Below are positions 48,435-59,559 of a stretch of 64,000 nt of DNA, in pieces. The number at the start of each line of letters is the position of its first letter. Position 1 is the stretch's first letter. The position numbers and the translations under genes were made by a program. This stretch comes from Bacillota bacterium (GTDB taxonomy: Bacteria > Bacillota_I > Bacilli_A > ML615J-28 > CAG-698): positions 5,392 to 69,391 of the forward strand of contig JAEEHM010000063.1 of NCBI GenBank assembly GCA_016280895.1, written 5' to 3'. A model generated the notes under the pieces. The model had not been told where the DNA came from. It ran no database searches and saw nothing but the letters and a program-made list of their open reading frames with translations.

Positions 48435-51400
48435 ATGAATAGTAAATCAATATTTAAACGTATCTTACCAATATTAATTGCATTAGTAGTCATTTTAATT
48501 GCTGCTATCGTTGGCGCAATTGTGACTAGTGCTAAGAAAGTACCTGGCTTTTCTGATAAAACTTATGGTAAAGAAGCATTCATTACATATACAACAGCTG
48601 ATGGAACTGAAATTAAATTAAGTAGAAATGAAGTATATAATGCTTTAAGAGGAACATCTTCTGAACAAAGTGTTATTACAAGTACTACTGTAAATGAAAT
48701 TCTTAATTTAGTTGATGCTGATTTACTTGCTGATTATGTAAGCAATGTTAATGAAAATGATGTATTTGAATTAATCGCAAAAGCTGTTTTCTCTTCTACA
48801 TTAGATTCTTATATCAAAACAAATGAAGATACTTTCAAAGTAGAAGCACATAAAGAGGGCAAAGCATACCGTACATATCTAAACGAAAAGATTGATGAAA
48901 AAATCAAAGAATTCGTAGATTCATTAAAATATAGCTATGGTTTCGAAGGTGCTGTATCTGAATTCTCTTATAAGAATGATAGTAATGAATATTATTATGT
49001 TCAAGAAAATGGTGCAGATAAATTAGATGATGATGGTGAAAAGATTTACCAATTAAAGGTAGCTACAAATTCTAAGGTTTATGCTTATTATGCATTAGAA
49101 CAAGCTAGAACTGATTATGCTAAAAAATTAATCAAAGAAGAATATGAAGAAGATTTCAAAGCTTATCTTCAATATTTAGAAGATTTAGAAGCATACAATG
49201 ATTATCTAGAAGCAGTTAGTGATTATGAAGAAGCTTTAGCTGATTGGAAGAACACTAAGGATGGTTCAAAACCTAAGAAGAGTGATTACTACACAAGCAA
49301 GGTAAGTGAACCTGCAGTAGTTGAAGAACCTTTAAATGGTGCTTTAGATGAAGATGCAATCAAAAAGCTTTATGAAGAAGATAATTATGCTAAATTCTGG
49401 GCAATTATCACAAGCTTTGATTCACAAGCAAAAGCTGAAGAAGCATTATTACAATATGGTGTTGTAATTGCTGAAAATGCTAGTGGTGATAATAGATGGT
49501 TCCACTATGGTGTAACAGATTTTGCTGGTGCTAGTGCTGAAGATAAAGCATTAATCGCTGCTTATAATTTCACTACTAAGGGTGATACTACTGTCATTAC
49601 TGATGATGATTATTATAATTTATTAACTACAGATGAAGAATTATACAACAAAGATGCTGCTAAAACTTCAACTGAAAAGACTGGTTTAGTTCTTGCAACA
49701 AAGGAAAACCCAGATTCAAGAACTGGTGCTTATGAATTAACAGAAGCAGAAGTTAAGGATATTATTGTTAAATTATATAATCAAAATAATCAATATGATG
49801 CAAGCAAACAATTAACAAATGCTGATTATGATCCAAGTGCAACTGATGCCACTTATGATGAAAATAGTAAGTTATATTACACTGAATCTAAATTAACATC
49901 ATTAGGTTTATATTCTAAGGGAACAAGCTCTAATAAATTCTATAAATTCTCTGATTCTTCAACATTTGAAAATGCTGAAATTTACACAAATGCTATTATT
50001 TCATCTAACAGCAAATATTATATCTATTTAATTTTAGATAAAAAAGATGATGTTGAAGATTGGGATGATTATCTAGATGGTAAGAAGTATTATGAATCTC
50101 AAATTTACCTTGATAATAAAGATGAATTATTAGAAGATCAAGCTACTGCTACTTATACTAAGAAAGCTATTGCTAAATTAAGATTAGCAAACAACATCAA
50201 ATTCTATGATGAAATCTTAGAAGCTAATTATATGGCTAATTATACTTCTGATTATAAAGCTAATAAGAAGTCAAGCAAGACTGTTTTAGCTTCATATGAA
50301 GTAAATGGTACTAAGAAAGAAATCACAGTTGATGCTTTATGGGCTAAACTTGCTCCTTATTATGGAGTTTATGCTACAGTTGACCTAATCCAATATGAAT
50401 GGGTATTCTTAGAAGCAGCTGATGCTGATGGTAAATTATTCAATCAATATGTTGATTATAATAAATATTTAAGTGGTAAGAAGTTATCTAAGTGCATTTT
50501 AGATAATGACAAAGCTAAGAAGATGTATGAAAATGTTAGCAATTATGTTGAAAACGTTAAGTACTATTTCTCAGTTGGTTATTATGAATCATATGGATAT
50601 CCAAGTTCATATGGTTGGAAGAACTTCATTAATGATTATTATGCAACATATTATAATGTAAGATTAAATAATGTAGATGATTTAAAATTATTCTTCATTA
50701 ATCAACAAATCATTACTGAATATAGTAACTATGTTTCTAAAGTTACAGCTGAAAATTGGGAAAAAGCTTATTTAACATATGCTGGTAAGACATTAAGTGA
50801 ATATATCAATACAAAAGGTATTCATTTATTAATCTCTCTTCCAGATGTTGAAAAGAACGAAAAGAACAATTCAAGTTCTAACTTCTTAGATCCTACTAAA
50901 TGGACTGATGCACAACTTGCTGCTGCAGAAGAATTATATGATGCAGTTCTTGCATTACTTGCACAAGTTGATGAAAGTGAAATTTCAACAGTATTAAATG
51001 GAATTGTTACTGCATTTGATAATGCTCCACTTCCACTTACTGATGGCACTACTCCAAATATAAGCTATACTAAGGAAACATTAGGCGGAACTGAAGTTGT
51101 TGATTATCTATTTGATTATAAATATGAATACTATAAAGATGGTGCTCTTGCTCCACTTGCAAGTATTGATGTTGCTAAATATAAAGCAATGGGCTTCAAA
51201 TTAACTTGTGAAGATTTAACAGTTACAACTGGTACAATGGTTTCAGAATTTGAAGATGCTGTTCGTCAAATTTGGAATAGTCAATTAGATAAATTAGTTG
51301 TTGATGGAAGCAATAGTGATGTTGTTATCTATGATCATACATTTACAGCTCCTGAATACAAGAACTATAATGAAGAAACAAGTGCTGAATCTGTTGTTAA

Positions 51401-52214
51401 CAACAATGGTACTAATACATATTTAGCTACTACATTTGGTCTTCATGTATACGTAAATCAATCTTCTGATTTAAGTGCTTACTTTACTACAAATGCTGAT
51501 GGTGATAAGGTATTTACTGAAATTCCTGACATCAAATATGTTCAAATGTATGTATATGATAAGAACGAAGCAAATGAAGAAGATTATGTAGCACTTGCAA
51601 CTTTATATAAAGATTATAAAGAAGCAAAAGAAGATAATGATGAAAAGAGAACTGCTGACTTAAAAGCAAAGATTGAAGCAGCAAATGAAAAATTAGGCTT
51701 TGGCTTATCATTTGATGAATTCTATGCTTTACTTGAAGAATATGCTGGCGATAATGCAAGCTATGTTAGCACTCAACTTTCAACATACTTCACAGTTTAT
51801 AGCCAAGCATCACAAACTTCAAATGCAAGTTATTCAATGGTATTTGGTGATTATGTAAGCTCTACATATTATCATTTATGTTACATGAGTGACTTCTTAG
51901 ATAAGATTAATGCTTCTAAAGTTAGCCTTGCTGATGGTGATGAATTCAAGTCATTACTTAAAGATTATGTTGGCTACTTCAAAGATACATATTATAAATC
52001 ATTTGCGTCAGCAAATTATTTAGATGGTAACGCTGAAGGCTTAGAAGGATTATTAGATGCTTTAGCATGTGTTAAGGGCGTAACAGCTTATGACAATGTG
52101 GCAGGAAGCGCTATGACTGCACTTAAGAATTTTGCAACTAGTGCATACAATGCATTATCAGCTGAAGATCAAGCTAAGTTAGATGCAAAAGCTACTGCTG
52201 CAGGAATTAAATAA
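48435..52214 (+). CDS. Giant (about 1259 aa) N-terminally membrane-anchored extracytoplasmic protein, paralog 2
   Basis: Collinear homology with the upstream gene, for example 'KFWAIITSFDSQAKAEEAL' vs 'KFWAVVINYSSVAAAKTAL', and 'YTSDYKANKKSSKTVLASYEVNGTKKEITVDAL' vs 'YESDYKATKKSSSSAVASYKVNGKKYEISADDL'. Start at ATG 48435, 8 nt after AAGGAG. Confidence 0.7.
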   Translation: MNSKSIFKRILPILIALVVILIAAIVGAIVTSAKKVPGFSDKTYGKEAFITYTTADGTEIKLSRNEVYNALRGTSSEQSVITSTTVNEILNLVDADLLADYVSNVNENDVFELIAKAVFSSTLDSYIKTNEDTFKVEAHKEGKAYRTYLNEKIDEKIKEFVDSLKYSYGFEGAVSEFSYKNDSNEYYYVQENGADKLDDDGEKIYQLKVATNSKVYAYYALEQARTDYAKKLIKEEYEEDFKAYLQYLEDLEAYNDYLEAVSDYEEALADWKNTKDGSKPKKSDYYTSKVSEPAVVEEPLNGALDEDAIKKLYEEDNYAKFWAIITSFDSQAKAEEALLQYGVVIAENASGDNRWFHYGVTDFAGASAEDKALIAAYNFTTKGDTTVITDDDYYNLLTTDEELYNKDAAKTSTEKTGLVLATKENPDSRTGAYELTEAEVKDIIVKLYNQNNQYDASKQLTNADYDPSATDATYDENSKLYYTESKLTSLGLYSKGTSSNKFYKFSDSSTFENAEIYTNAIISSNSKYYIYLILDKKDDVEDWDDYLDGKKYYESQIYLDNKDELLEDQATATYTKKAIAKLRLANNIKFYDEILEANYMANYTSDYKANKKSSKTVLASYEVNGTKKEITVDALWAKLAPYYGVYATVDLIQYEWVFLEAADADGKLFNQYVDYNKYLSGKKLSKCILDNDKAKKMYENVSNYVENVKYYFSVGYYESYGYPSSYGWKNFINDYYATYYNVRLNNVDDLKLFFINQQIITEYSNYVSKVTAENWEKAYLTYAGKTLSEYINTKGIHLLISLPDVEKNEKNNSSSNFLDPTKWTDAQLAAAEELYDAVLALLAQVDESEISTVLNGIVTAFDNAPLPLTDGTTPNISYTKETLGGTEVVDYLFDYKYEYYKDGALAPLASIDVAKYKAMGFKLTCEDLTVTTGTMVSEFEDAVRQIWNSQLDKLVVDGSNSDVVIYDHTFTAPEYKNYNEETSAESVVNNNGTNTYLATTFGLHVYVNQSSDLSAYFTTNADGDKVFTEIPDIKYVQMYVYDKNEANEEDYVALATLYKDYKEAKEDNDEKRTADLKAKIEAANEKLGFGLSFDEFYALLEEYAGDNASYVSTQLSTYFTVYSQASQTSNASYSMVFGDYVSSTYYHLCYMSDFLDKINASKVSLADGDEFKSLLKDYVGYFKDTYYKSFASANYLDGNAEGLEGLLDALACVKGVTAYDNVAGSAMTALKNFATSAYNALSAEDQAKLDAKATAAGIK

Positions 52215-52219
52215 TAAAA

Positions 52220-52279
52220 ATAGACTAAATCAAAAGATAATTCTTTAAAGATTATTCTTAATGATTTAGTCTTTTTTTA
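52220..52279 (+). terminator. Strong rho-independent terminator ending the giant-paralog operon
   Basis: 11-bp outer stem agactaaatca / tgatttagtct with an inner hairpin, then TTTTTTT. Confidence 0.75.
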
Positions 52280-52313
52280 AGATTTTATGGTATAATAAGT
52301 CAAGAGGTGGAAA

Positions 52314-53417
52314 ATGACAATAATTAATCCTATTTTTAAATCAAATTACAAAAAATTTATTGCGAAATACAATATGGTTGGTTCAAATGTATTGGTTTGT
52401 GATAAAGATGGCAATTATGAAGCTTGTACTACAGGCTTTGCATCTTTAGAAAAGCAAGAAAAAACAAAAAAGAATAGTATTTATCGTATAGCCTCAATTT
52501 CTAAAGTAGTAGTTGCTATTGGCCTTTTAAAATTAAAAGATAAGGGACTAGTTGATATTGATGCAGATATTTCTAAATATTTGGGCTTTATTGTGAGAAA
52601 CCCATACTTCCCAACTGTTAAAATTACACTTAGAATGATTATGAGTCAATCATCTAGTATTAATGATAATGTGTATGATAGGGCTAATGCTACTGATGAT
52701 TATATTAAACTACAAGATATTTTAGAAAACAATGAATCATTTAATCAAACTGAACCGGGTAAAGAATTTGATTATTCTAATCTTGGTTGTGGAATCTTGG
52801 CTTGTGTAATAGAAAAAATCACAAATAAGTATTTTACTGAATATATTAAAGAAGAAGTATTATTACCACTTTCTATTCATAGTGGCTTTAGATTAGAAGA
52901 TTTAAAATATCCAGATCGTTTAGTTAGCCATTATTTATATAATCCAGAAACAACAGGCTTTACTTTATTCCGTGACTATGATAAATTCAAAGAAGTACAA
53001 TGCTTACGCTATCCACTAGGTGATAATTATCGTGGTGTTGCCGGTGGTTTATACATATCATCACTTGATTTATATAAGATTATGCAAGTTTTAATGCATA
53101 AGGGAATATATAAAGATATTAGAATTTTAAATGAAGAAACAGTAGAAGAAATGGAAAGAGTAAATTGGGAAGGTAAATGTGCAGATCCAACTTATAAGAA
53201 GAAAGGACTTCAATTAATAATCATGGATGAATTTACAATTTCTCCTTTATATGGCCATTTTGGAAATGCATATGGACTTAGAAGCTTTATGTTATATAAT
53301 GATCAAGGCGGTATGATTTTCTTATGTAATGGCGCTAATTTCTTAAATGATGTTGAACATATGACTGTTCTTCAAAAAGATATTATTGAATTTATTGTGA
53401 AAGAAACAAAATTATAA
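52314..53417 (+). CDS. Serine hydrolase of the beta-lactamase/transpeptidase superfamily
   Basis: 'YRIASISKVVVAIGLL' SxxK active-site motif. TGGTATAAT promoter at 52288-96. RBS AGAGGTGG. Confidence 0.6.
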   Translation: MTIINPIFKSNYKKFIAKYNMVGSNVLVCDKDGNYEACTTGFASLEKQEKTKKNSIYRIASISKVVVAIGLLKLKDKGLVDIDADISKYLGFIVRNPYFPTVKITLRMIMSQSSSINDNVYDRANATDDYIKLQDILENNESFNQTEPGKEFDYSNLGCGILACVIEKITNKYFTEYIKEEVLLPLSIHSGFRLEDLKYPDRLVSHYLYNPETTGFTLFRDYDKFKEVQCLRYPLGDNYRGVAGGLYISSLDLYKIMQVLMHKGIYKDIRILNEETVEEMERVNWEGKCADPTYKKKGLQLIIMDEFTISPLYGHFGNAYGLRSFMLYNDQGGMIFLCNGANFLNDVEHMTVLQKDIIEFIVKETKL

Positions 53418-53419
53418 AG

Positions 53420-53450
53420 CAAAAGCACCTCATTTGAGGTGCTTTATTCT
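53420..53450. terminator. Bidirectional terminator
   Basis: aaagcacctc-attt-gaggtgcttt followed by ATT; convergent genes. Confidence 0.8.
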
Positions 53451-55027
53451 TATAATAAGCCAGATAATGAAATCTTAATATAGCCCTTTGTTGAAGAAGA
53501 ATACAAACCAACTTCTGTAGAAGATGATTTTTCCACTAAAGCATTAAATACAGGACTATCTGTAAGTAATTTAGTAAAATTGAAATTGATTTTCTTATTA
53601 ATACTATCTGCTCCAATCCATTCTTCATCCTTTAGTGCTTCATTTAAGAAATTAAGAATTGCGCTTATTTGATCATCCTTTAAATTGATTTCACCAAGTA
53701 CTACTGATGTAACATCAGTAGATATTTGTAGTCCATCAGAACCACTTGCGTTTGCGACACATTTTAAGGCTATTTGATAACCATTAATATTGACAGTGAT
53801 GATGATTTCTAATTTATCATCACTTATTTTAGCATATATTGATTCTAAATATAAATATGATATTTTATGCTTATCATTTTCAATACGTGAGAAAGCATAA
53901 GAAATACCAATAGCACCAGTAGAGAATAAGATGTTTGTGAAATCATCTTCATAAATCTTAATATCTAAGCTTGGAGATAATAAATCATGAATGCTTGGGC
54001 TTTGTTCAGAAATGATTTCCAACATTGATTTTTGTGGTACTTCTAATATACCATCATATGTTGTGTTAGAATAAATACCAATTGAAGATAAATTTAATTC
54101 TTTGATGAAGTCATATTTTCCTTCTTCATCTTTTTTACTTACATTTTTCCATCCTCTTACTAAATAATCAAAAGTAAGTCCACAATTTTTATAATCAATA
54201 ATATTATTATCAAGTAATGATTCAACATCAGTTTTTACTTTATCATAATCAAATGAATAAGGAATATCATAAAAAGTACTTGAATCATAAGCTAATTTTT
54301 CTAAGTGAGCATCAAGACCTAATTCATGGTTAGAAGATATGATTTTAATTAATTCATTTTCAAAGATAATATCAACTAAGCATGCATATAAATCCTTATT
54401 TGGATCATCTTTCATCATATTCAAGACTGTTTCAGATGCTTGGTCTTTGTTGATGCTGACTTTTAAGTTTTGTAAATCAAGGTCAATAATGATTCCTTTT
54501 TTATCTAAATCTTCTTTAATATCATCTTCATTTAATACACCTTTAGCAAGAGTAGATATTAAGCCTCTTTTCGCATTTAATTTACCTACGCTTGCGTTAT
54601 TGATTTGTAGGTAAATATTATCACCATCATCTTTGAATGTGAAACCACCTTTTAAAGAAGATGGGAAGCCTAAGACCTTGAAATGAATTGATGCTTGCAT
54701 ATTTGCGTTTTCATCTATTTCAAGATTAGCACCTCTAATTGTCATTTTATCTTTAAATGTTTCATTTAAAGTGTTTGTAAGTGCTTGAAGTAAATAATTG
54801 ATCTCGTCTTCACTTAATGATGCATCCACAATTTTAGTTTCTTTTGTGTCTTTTAAAGCGTTTGACGCAATAGAATTTACTTCATAATTTAAATCATTAG
54901 AGTATTCTTTGTATTTGTTGTCCTTATAAGAATTATCATAAATCAATGCAACTACAATACCTAAGATTAATAAAATTATTAAAATAATTATCCCAATTAC
55001 AATAAATAATCTTTTAAAAAGCTTCAT
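53450..55027 (-). CDS. N-terminally membrane-anchored extracytoplasmic protein of unknown function (525 aa)
   Basis: 'LFIVIGIIILIILLILGIVVALI' signal-anchor, then a hydrophilic domain. No recognisable catalytic motifs. Confidence 0.5.
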   Translation of the reverse strand: MKLFKRLFIVIGIIILIILLILGIVVALIYDNSYKDNKYKEYSNDLNYEVNSIASNALKDTKETKIVDASLSEDEINYLLQALTNTLNETFKDKMTIRGANLEIDENANMQASIHFKVLGFPSSLKGGFTFKDDGDNIYLQINNASVGKLNAKRGLISTLAKGVLNEDDIKEDLDKKGIIIDLDLQNLKVSINKDQASETVLNMMKDDPNKDLYACLVDIIFENELIKIISSNHELGLDAHLEKLAYDSSTFYDIPYSFDYDKVKTDVESLLDNNIIDYKNCGLTFDYLVRGWKNVSKKDEEGKYDFIKELNLSSIGIYSNTTYDGILEVPQKSMLEIISEQSPSIHDLLSPSLDIKIYEDDFTNILFSTGAIGISYAFSRIENDKHKISYLYLESIYAKISDDKLEIIITVNINGYQIALKCVANASGSDGLQISTDVTSVVLGEINLKDDQISAILNFLNEALKDEEWIGADSINKKINFNFTKLLTDSPVFNALVEKSSSTEVGLYSSSTKGYIKISLSGLL

Positions 55028-55125
55028 TTAATAAATCCTTCTTTCTTATATAATATTTATTTCCCTATATAATATTATATCACTTTTTTGTGAAAAAGAT
55101 AATTATAATTTGTAAATATGTTTCA

Positions 55126-55154
55126 TTGAAAATGGATGTATATTATGGTATAAT
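55126..55154 (+). promoter_or_regulatory. Sigma-A promoter for yycJ-like/rlmH
   Basis: TTGAAA (55126-31), 17-nt spacer, TGgTATAAT (55146-54). Confidence 0.55.
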
Positions 55155-55182
55155 AATAAATAGTTAAAAGGATATAAGACAT

Positions 55183-55974
55183 ATGAAATTTCAAGTAATA
55201 TCAAGTGGTTCTGGTGGTAATATCACATACATTGAAAGTGATAAAACTCGTATATTATTAGATGCTGGAATCACTTTAAAAGAATTCTCAAAGCGTGTGG
55301 ATATTGATTTAAGCACAATTGATGCAATTGTGATTACTCATGATCATGGCGATCATACAGGAAGTTTGATGCCATTTTTACATAAGACTAATGCAGTTTT
55401 ATATATAAATAAGGATGTATTAGAATATTTAGTTAAACAAAAACATTTTGATTTTAGTGGTATTAAAGTCCAATATATTGAAAATAATAAGAAATATCTA
55501 ATTAATGATATTACAATATTCACAATGGAATTATCCCATGATGCAGTTAATTGTAACGGCTTTATATTCTCAAGTGGAAAAGAATCATTAGCATATGTTA
55601 CTGATACTGGTTTAGTACCATTAGTTTATATGAAATTATTATCTAAAGTAGATACTTTAATAATAGAAGCTAATCATGATATTGAGATGTTGAATGAAAG
55701 TAATCGTCCTTGGTTTTTAAAACAAAGAATTCTATCATTTAAAGGACATCTTTCTAATATAACATGTGGTGAAGTTTTAAATAAATTATTAGAGGAGAAA
55801 AAAATAAGTCAAGTAGTGCTTGCGCATTTATCACAGGAATGCAATAAAGAAGAAATTGCGATTGATACAGTAATGTCTTTAATTGAAGGTGATTATTTAC
55901 CTAAATTTGTGATTGCGAAACAATTTGAAGCACTTGACTTAATGGATGTATTGGTGAAAAATAATGAAAATTAA
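55183..55974 (+). CDS. MBL-fold metallo-hydrolase, YycJ/WalJ-like
   Basis: 'FQVISSGSGGNITYIESDKTRILLDAG', 'ITHDHGDHTG'. Located immediately upstream of rlmH, as in the Bacillus yycJ...rlmH region. Confidence 0.65.
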   Translation: MKFQVISSGSGGNITYIESDKTRILLDAGITLKEFSKRVDIDLSTIDAIVITHDHGDHTGSLMPFLHKTNAVLYINKDVLEYLVKQKHFDFSGIKVQYIENNKKYLINDITIFTMELSHDAVNCNGFIFSSGKESLAYVTDTGLVPLVYMKLLSKVDTLIIEANHDIEMLNESNRPWFLKQRILSFKGHLSNITCGEVLNKLLEEKKISQVVLAHLSQECNKEEIAIDTVMSLIEGDYLPKFVIAKQFEALDLMDVLVKNNEN

Positions 55975-56425
55975 GGTCATTACAGTTGGTAAAATCAAAG
56001 AAAAATATTTCACTGATGCTATTTTAGAATACACAAAAAGATTGAGCACAATGTGCGATTTAAATCTAATTGAAGTCAAAGAAGTAAATTTTGATGATAT
56101 TAATCGAAATATAAATGATGAAGGCAAAAATATTTTAGATAAGGTAGATAACAATGACTATCTAATCACCTTAGAAATTAAGGGAAAAGAATTAGAAAGT
56201 ACTGAGCTTGCTGCATTTATTGAGAATCATTATACCTTTGATTCACGCGTTTTAACATTCGTGATTGGTGGTTCTAATGGTTTGAGTGAAGAAGTGATAA
56301 AAAGAAGTAATATGCACTTATCATTTGGACGTTTTACCTATCCTCATCAATTAATGAGAGTGATTCTTCTTGAACAAATCTATCGTTCAATGATGATTAT
56401 TAATAATAAAGCATATCATAAATAA
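55964..56425 (+). CDS. rlmH: 23S rRNA (pseudouridine1915-N3)-methyltransferase RlmH
   Basis: '[16 protein letters not shown]...' SPOUT family, 153 aa. 11-nt overlap with the upstream gene. Confidence 0.85.
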   Translation: MKIKVITVGKIKEKYFTDAILEYTKRLSTMCDLNLIEVKEVNFDDINRNINDEGKNILDKVDNNDYLITLEIKGKELESTELAAFIENHYTFDSRVLTFVIGGSNGLSEEVIKRSNMHLSFGRFTYPHQLMRVILLEQIYRSMMIINNKAYHK

Positions 56426-56435
56426 GGAGAAAACA

Positions 56436-58403
56436 ATGTTTGATTTAGTCACTAAATTTAAACCAACTGGTGATCAACCAGAAGCAATTAAAAAATTATG
56501 TGAAAATATCAAAAATGGCATGAAAAGACAGACCTTACTAGGTGCTACTGGTACAGGTAAGACCTTCACCATTGCGAATGTTATAAAAGAAGTAGGAAAG
56601 AAAACCTTAGTTCTTTCACATAATAAGACACTAGCTGGTCAATTATATGCTGAATTAAAAGCCTTCTTTCCGAATAATCGGGTAGAATATTTTATTTCAT
56701 ATTATGACTATTATCAACCAGAAGCCTATGTTGCAAGTAAAGACTTGTATATTGAAAAAGATGCATCAATTAATGATGATATTGATCAACTAAGAAATAG
56801 TGCTGTTGCAAGCCTACTGACAAGTGATGATGTTATTGTAGTAAGCTCTGTTTCTTGTATTTATGGTATTGGTGATCCCATTGATTATAAAGAAAATATC
56901 TTAGCTTTATCAACAAATACTACATATAACAGAAGTGCATTACTTGAAAGATTAGTTAAGATGCAATATGAAAGAAATGATTATGAACTTAAAAGAGGAT
57001 CATTTCGAGTAAAGGGTGAAATTGTTGATATAATACTTTCAACACAAAGAGATGAAGCGATTAGACTTGAATTCTTTGATGATGAATTAGAACATATTAA
57101 AGTAATTGATGCTATCACATATAAAGCTAAAAAATCCTTAGATTCAATTCTTTTATATCCTGCTAGTATCTTTAATGTATCTGATGAAAAATTAAAAGAA
57201 GGTATTAGAAGAATTGAAGAAGAATTAAAAGAAAGAATTCAATTTTTTAAAGATAATAACAAATTCTTAGAAGCCGAACGTATCGAACAAAGAACTCGTT
57301 ATGATTTAGAGATGCTAAAAGAAGTGGGAATGTGCAGTGGAATTGAGAATTATTCCAGACATTTATCACTACGTGGTGAAGGAGAAACTCCTTATACTTT
57401 GATGGATTTCTTTGGCGATGATTATTTATTGATTGTTGATGAGAGTCATGTTACTATTCCTCAGGTTAGGGGTATGTATAATGGCGATAGAAGTCGGAAA
57501 GAAAATTTAGTGGAATATGGTTTTAGATTACCATCAGCTTTAGATAATCGACCACTTAGATTTAATGAATTTGAAGATAAAATTGATAAATGTATCTATT
57601 TAAGTGCTACACCTCAAGAATATGAAAAGAAGGTAAGTGGTGCTATTGTTGACCAAATCATTAGACCAACGGGATTACTTGACCCAATAGTTGAAGTGAG
57701 AAAATCACAAGGTCAAATTGATGATTTAGTTAAAGAAGTATATAGTCGCATTAAAAAACATGAACGTGTTTTAATAATGGCCTTGACTATCAAGATGAGT
57801 GAAGAACTAACCAAATATTTAAAAGAATTAGATATTAAAGTTGCATACCTACATTCAGAGATTAAATCTCTAGAAAGAATGGAAATCATTAGGGATTTAA
57901 GAAAAGGTAAATATGATTGTTTGGTAGGTATAAATCTACTTAGAGAAGGCCTAGATATTCCAGAAGTATCTTTAATATGTATTTTAGATGCTGATAAGGA
58001 AGGCTTCTTAAGAAGTGAAACAAGCTTAATTCAAATTATTGGTCGTGCTGCTAGAAATGAAAATGGTAAGGTCATTATGTATGCTGATTCGATCACTGAA
58101 TCAATGGAACATGCTATCGTAGAAACAATGCGCCGTAGAATGGTTCAAGAAGAATATAATAAGAAACATAATATCATTCCTAAAACTATCGTAAAAGAAA
58201 TAAGCGATGGCATCGTAATGAAATTAGATGAAAATAAAGAAGAAGCTGTTACAGTTGATTTTAGTGACATCAATAATATGAATAAATTAGAAAAGAAGAA
58301 ATTAATTGAAAAATTAGAAAAAGATATGTATAAGGCTGCTAAAGAACTTAACTTTGAAGAAGCAATGGCCTTACGTAATCTTATTTTTGAATTAAAGGCA
58401 TAA
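56436..58403 (+). CDS. uvrB: Excinuclease ABC subunit B
   Basis: '[12 protein letters not shown]', beta-hairpin, helicase motifs, C-terminal UVR domain '[18 protein letters not shown]'. Confidence 0.95.
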   Translation: MFDLVTKFKPTGDQPEAIKKLCENIKNGMKRQTLLGATGTGKTFTIANVIKEVGKKTLVLSHNKTLAGQLYAELKAFFPNNRVEYFISYYDYYQPEAYVASKDLYIEKDASINDDIDQLRNSAVASLLTSDDVIVVSSVSCIYGIGDPIDYKENILALSTNTTYNRSALLERLVKMQYERNDYELKRGSFRVKGEIVDIILSTQRDEAIRLEFFDDELEHIKVIDAITYKAKKSLDSILLYPASIFNVSDEKLKEGIRRIEEELKERIQFFKDNNKFLEAERIEQRTRYDLEMLKEVGMCSGIENYSRHLSLRGEGETPYTLMDFFGDDYLLIVDESHVTIPQVRGMYNGDRSRKENLVEYGFRLPSALDNRPLRFNEFEDKIDKCIYLSATPQEYEKKVSGAIVDQIIRPTGLLDPIVEVRKSQGQIDDLVKEVYSRIKKHERVLIMALTIKMSEELTKYLKELDIKVAYLHSEIKSLERMEIIRDLRKGKYDCLVGINLLREGLDIPEVSLICILDADKEGFLRSETSLIQIIGRAARNENGKVIMYADSITESMEHAIVETMRRRMVQEEYNKKHNIIPKTIVKEISDGIVMKLDENKEEAVTVDFSDINNMNKLEKKKLIEKLEKDMYKAAKELNFEEAMALRNLIFELKA

Positions 58404-58405
58404 TT

Positions 58406-59551
58406 ATGGAAAAGAAAAAGAAAGTAATTGTAGGATTATCGGGTGGAGTTGATTCCGCGGTATCTGCTTTATTATTAAAAGAACAAGGATATGAAGTTGA
58501 AGGAATGTTTATGAGAAACTGGGATTCCTTCATGAACAATGATGTTTTAGGAAATCCTAATGATTTTAATGATGTTTGTCCACAAGAAAAAGATTATATG
58601 GATGCTTTAAAAACAGCAGAAATACTCGGTATTAAATTACATCGTGTTGATTTTGTGGATGAATATTGGAATAATGTATTCTCATATTTTCTAGATGAAT
58701 ACAAACATTATCGTACTCCTAATCCTGATATCTTATGTAATAAAGAAATAAAATTCAAATGTTTCTTAAAAGAAGCAGAAAAATTAGGCTGTGATTATAT
58801 TGCGATGGGACATTATGCAAGAATAATTCATGATGGTAATAAACATCATTTGCTGAAAGGGATTGATAAGAATAAGGATCAAACTTATTTCTTATGTCAA
58901 TTGTCACAAAGCCAAATTGAAAAAGCCTTATTTCCAATTGGTGATTTAGAAAAGAAGGAAGTAAGAAAGATTGCAGCTGATAATAATATCAATGTTGCTA
59001 ATAAGAAAGATTCTACTGGTGTATGTTTTATCGGAGAAAGAAATTTCAAAGAATTTTTGAAGAATTATTTACCAGCAAAAGAAGGACTTATGAAGACATT
59101 AGATGGAAAAGTTGTTGGCAAACATGATGGTATTATGTATTATACCATTGGTCAACGCCATGGTCTTGCTATCGGTGGACCAGGAGATGCATGGTTTGTA
59201 ATTGGCAAGATTGCGAAAGAAAATGTGCTTCTTGTTGGTCAAGGTGATGACCAAGAATATTTATATTCTAATCGTTGTTTGATTAACCGCATTAATATAT
59301 TAGAAGAAGATATTAAAGATAAGCTTGATAATAATGAAACAGTAAAATTAGCTGCTAAATTTAGATATCGTCAAGCTGATGTTGAAGTATGGGTAAAGAA
59401 ATTCAATGATGAATATTTAGAAGTATCATATCCATCTAAATCAAGAGCAGTAACACCAGGACAAGAATGTGCCTTATATTTGGGCGATTATTTGGTCGGT
59501 GGTGGCACTATTGATAAAGTTTATATGAATGATGATTTAAGGAAATATTAG
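58406..59551 (+). CDS. mnmA: tRNA-specific 2-thiouridylase MnmA
   Basis: PP-loop 'VIVGLSGGVDSAVSA' and the catalytic Cys region 'NPDILCNKEIKF'. Confidence 0.9.
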   Translation: MEKKKKVIVGLSGGVDSAVSALLLKEQGYEVEGMFMRNWDSFMNNDVLGNPNDFNDVCPQEKDYMDALKTAEILGIKLHRVDFVDEYWNNVFSYFLDEYKHYRTPNPDILCNKEIKFKCFLKEAEKLGCDYIAMGHYARIIHDGNKHHLLKGIDKNKDQTYFLCQLSQSQIEKALFPIGDLEKKEVRKIAADNNINVANKKDSTGVCFIGERNFKEFLKNYLPAKEGLMKTLDGKVVGKHDGIMYYTIGQRHGLAIGGPGDAWFVIGKIAKENVLLVGQGDDQEYLYSNRCLINRINILEEDIKDKLDNNETVKLAAKFRYRQADVEVWVKKFNDEYLEVSYPSKSRAVTPGQECALYLGDYLVGGGTIDKVYMNDDLRKY

Positions 59552-59559
59552 GAGTATAT

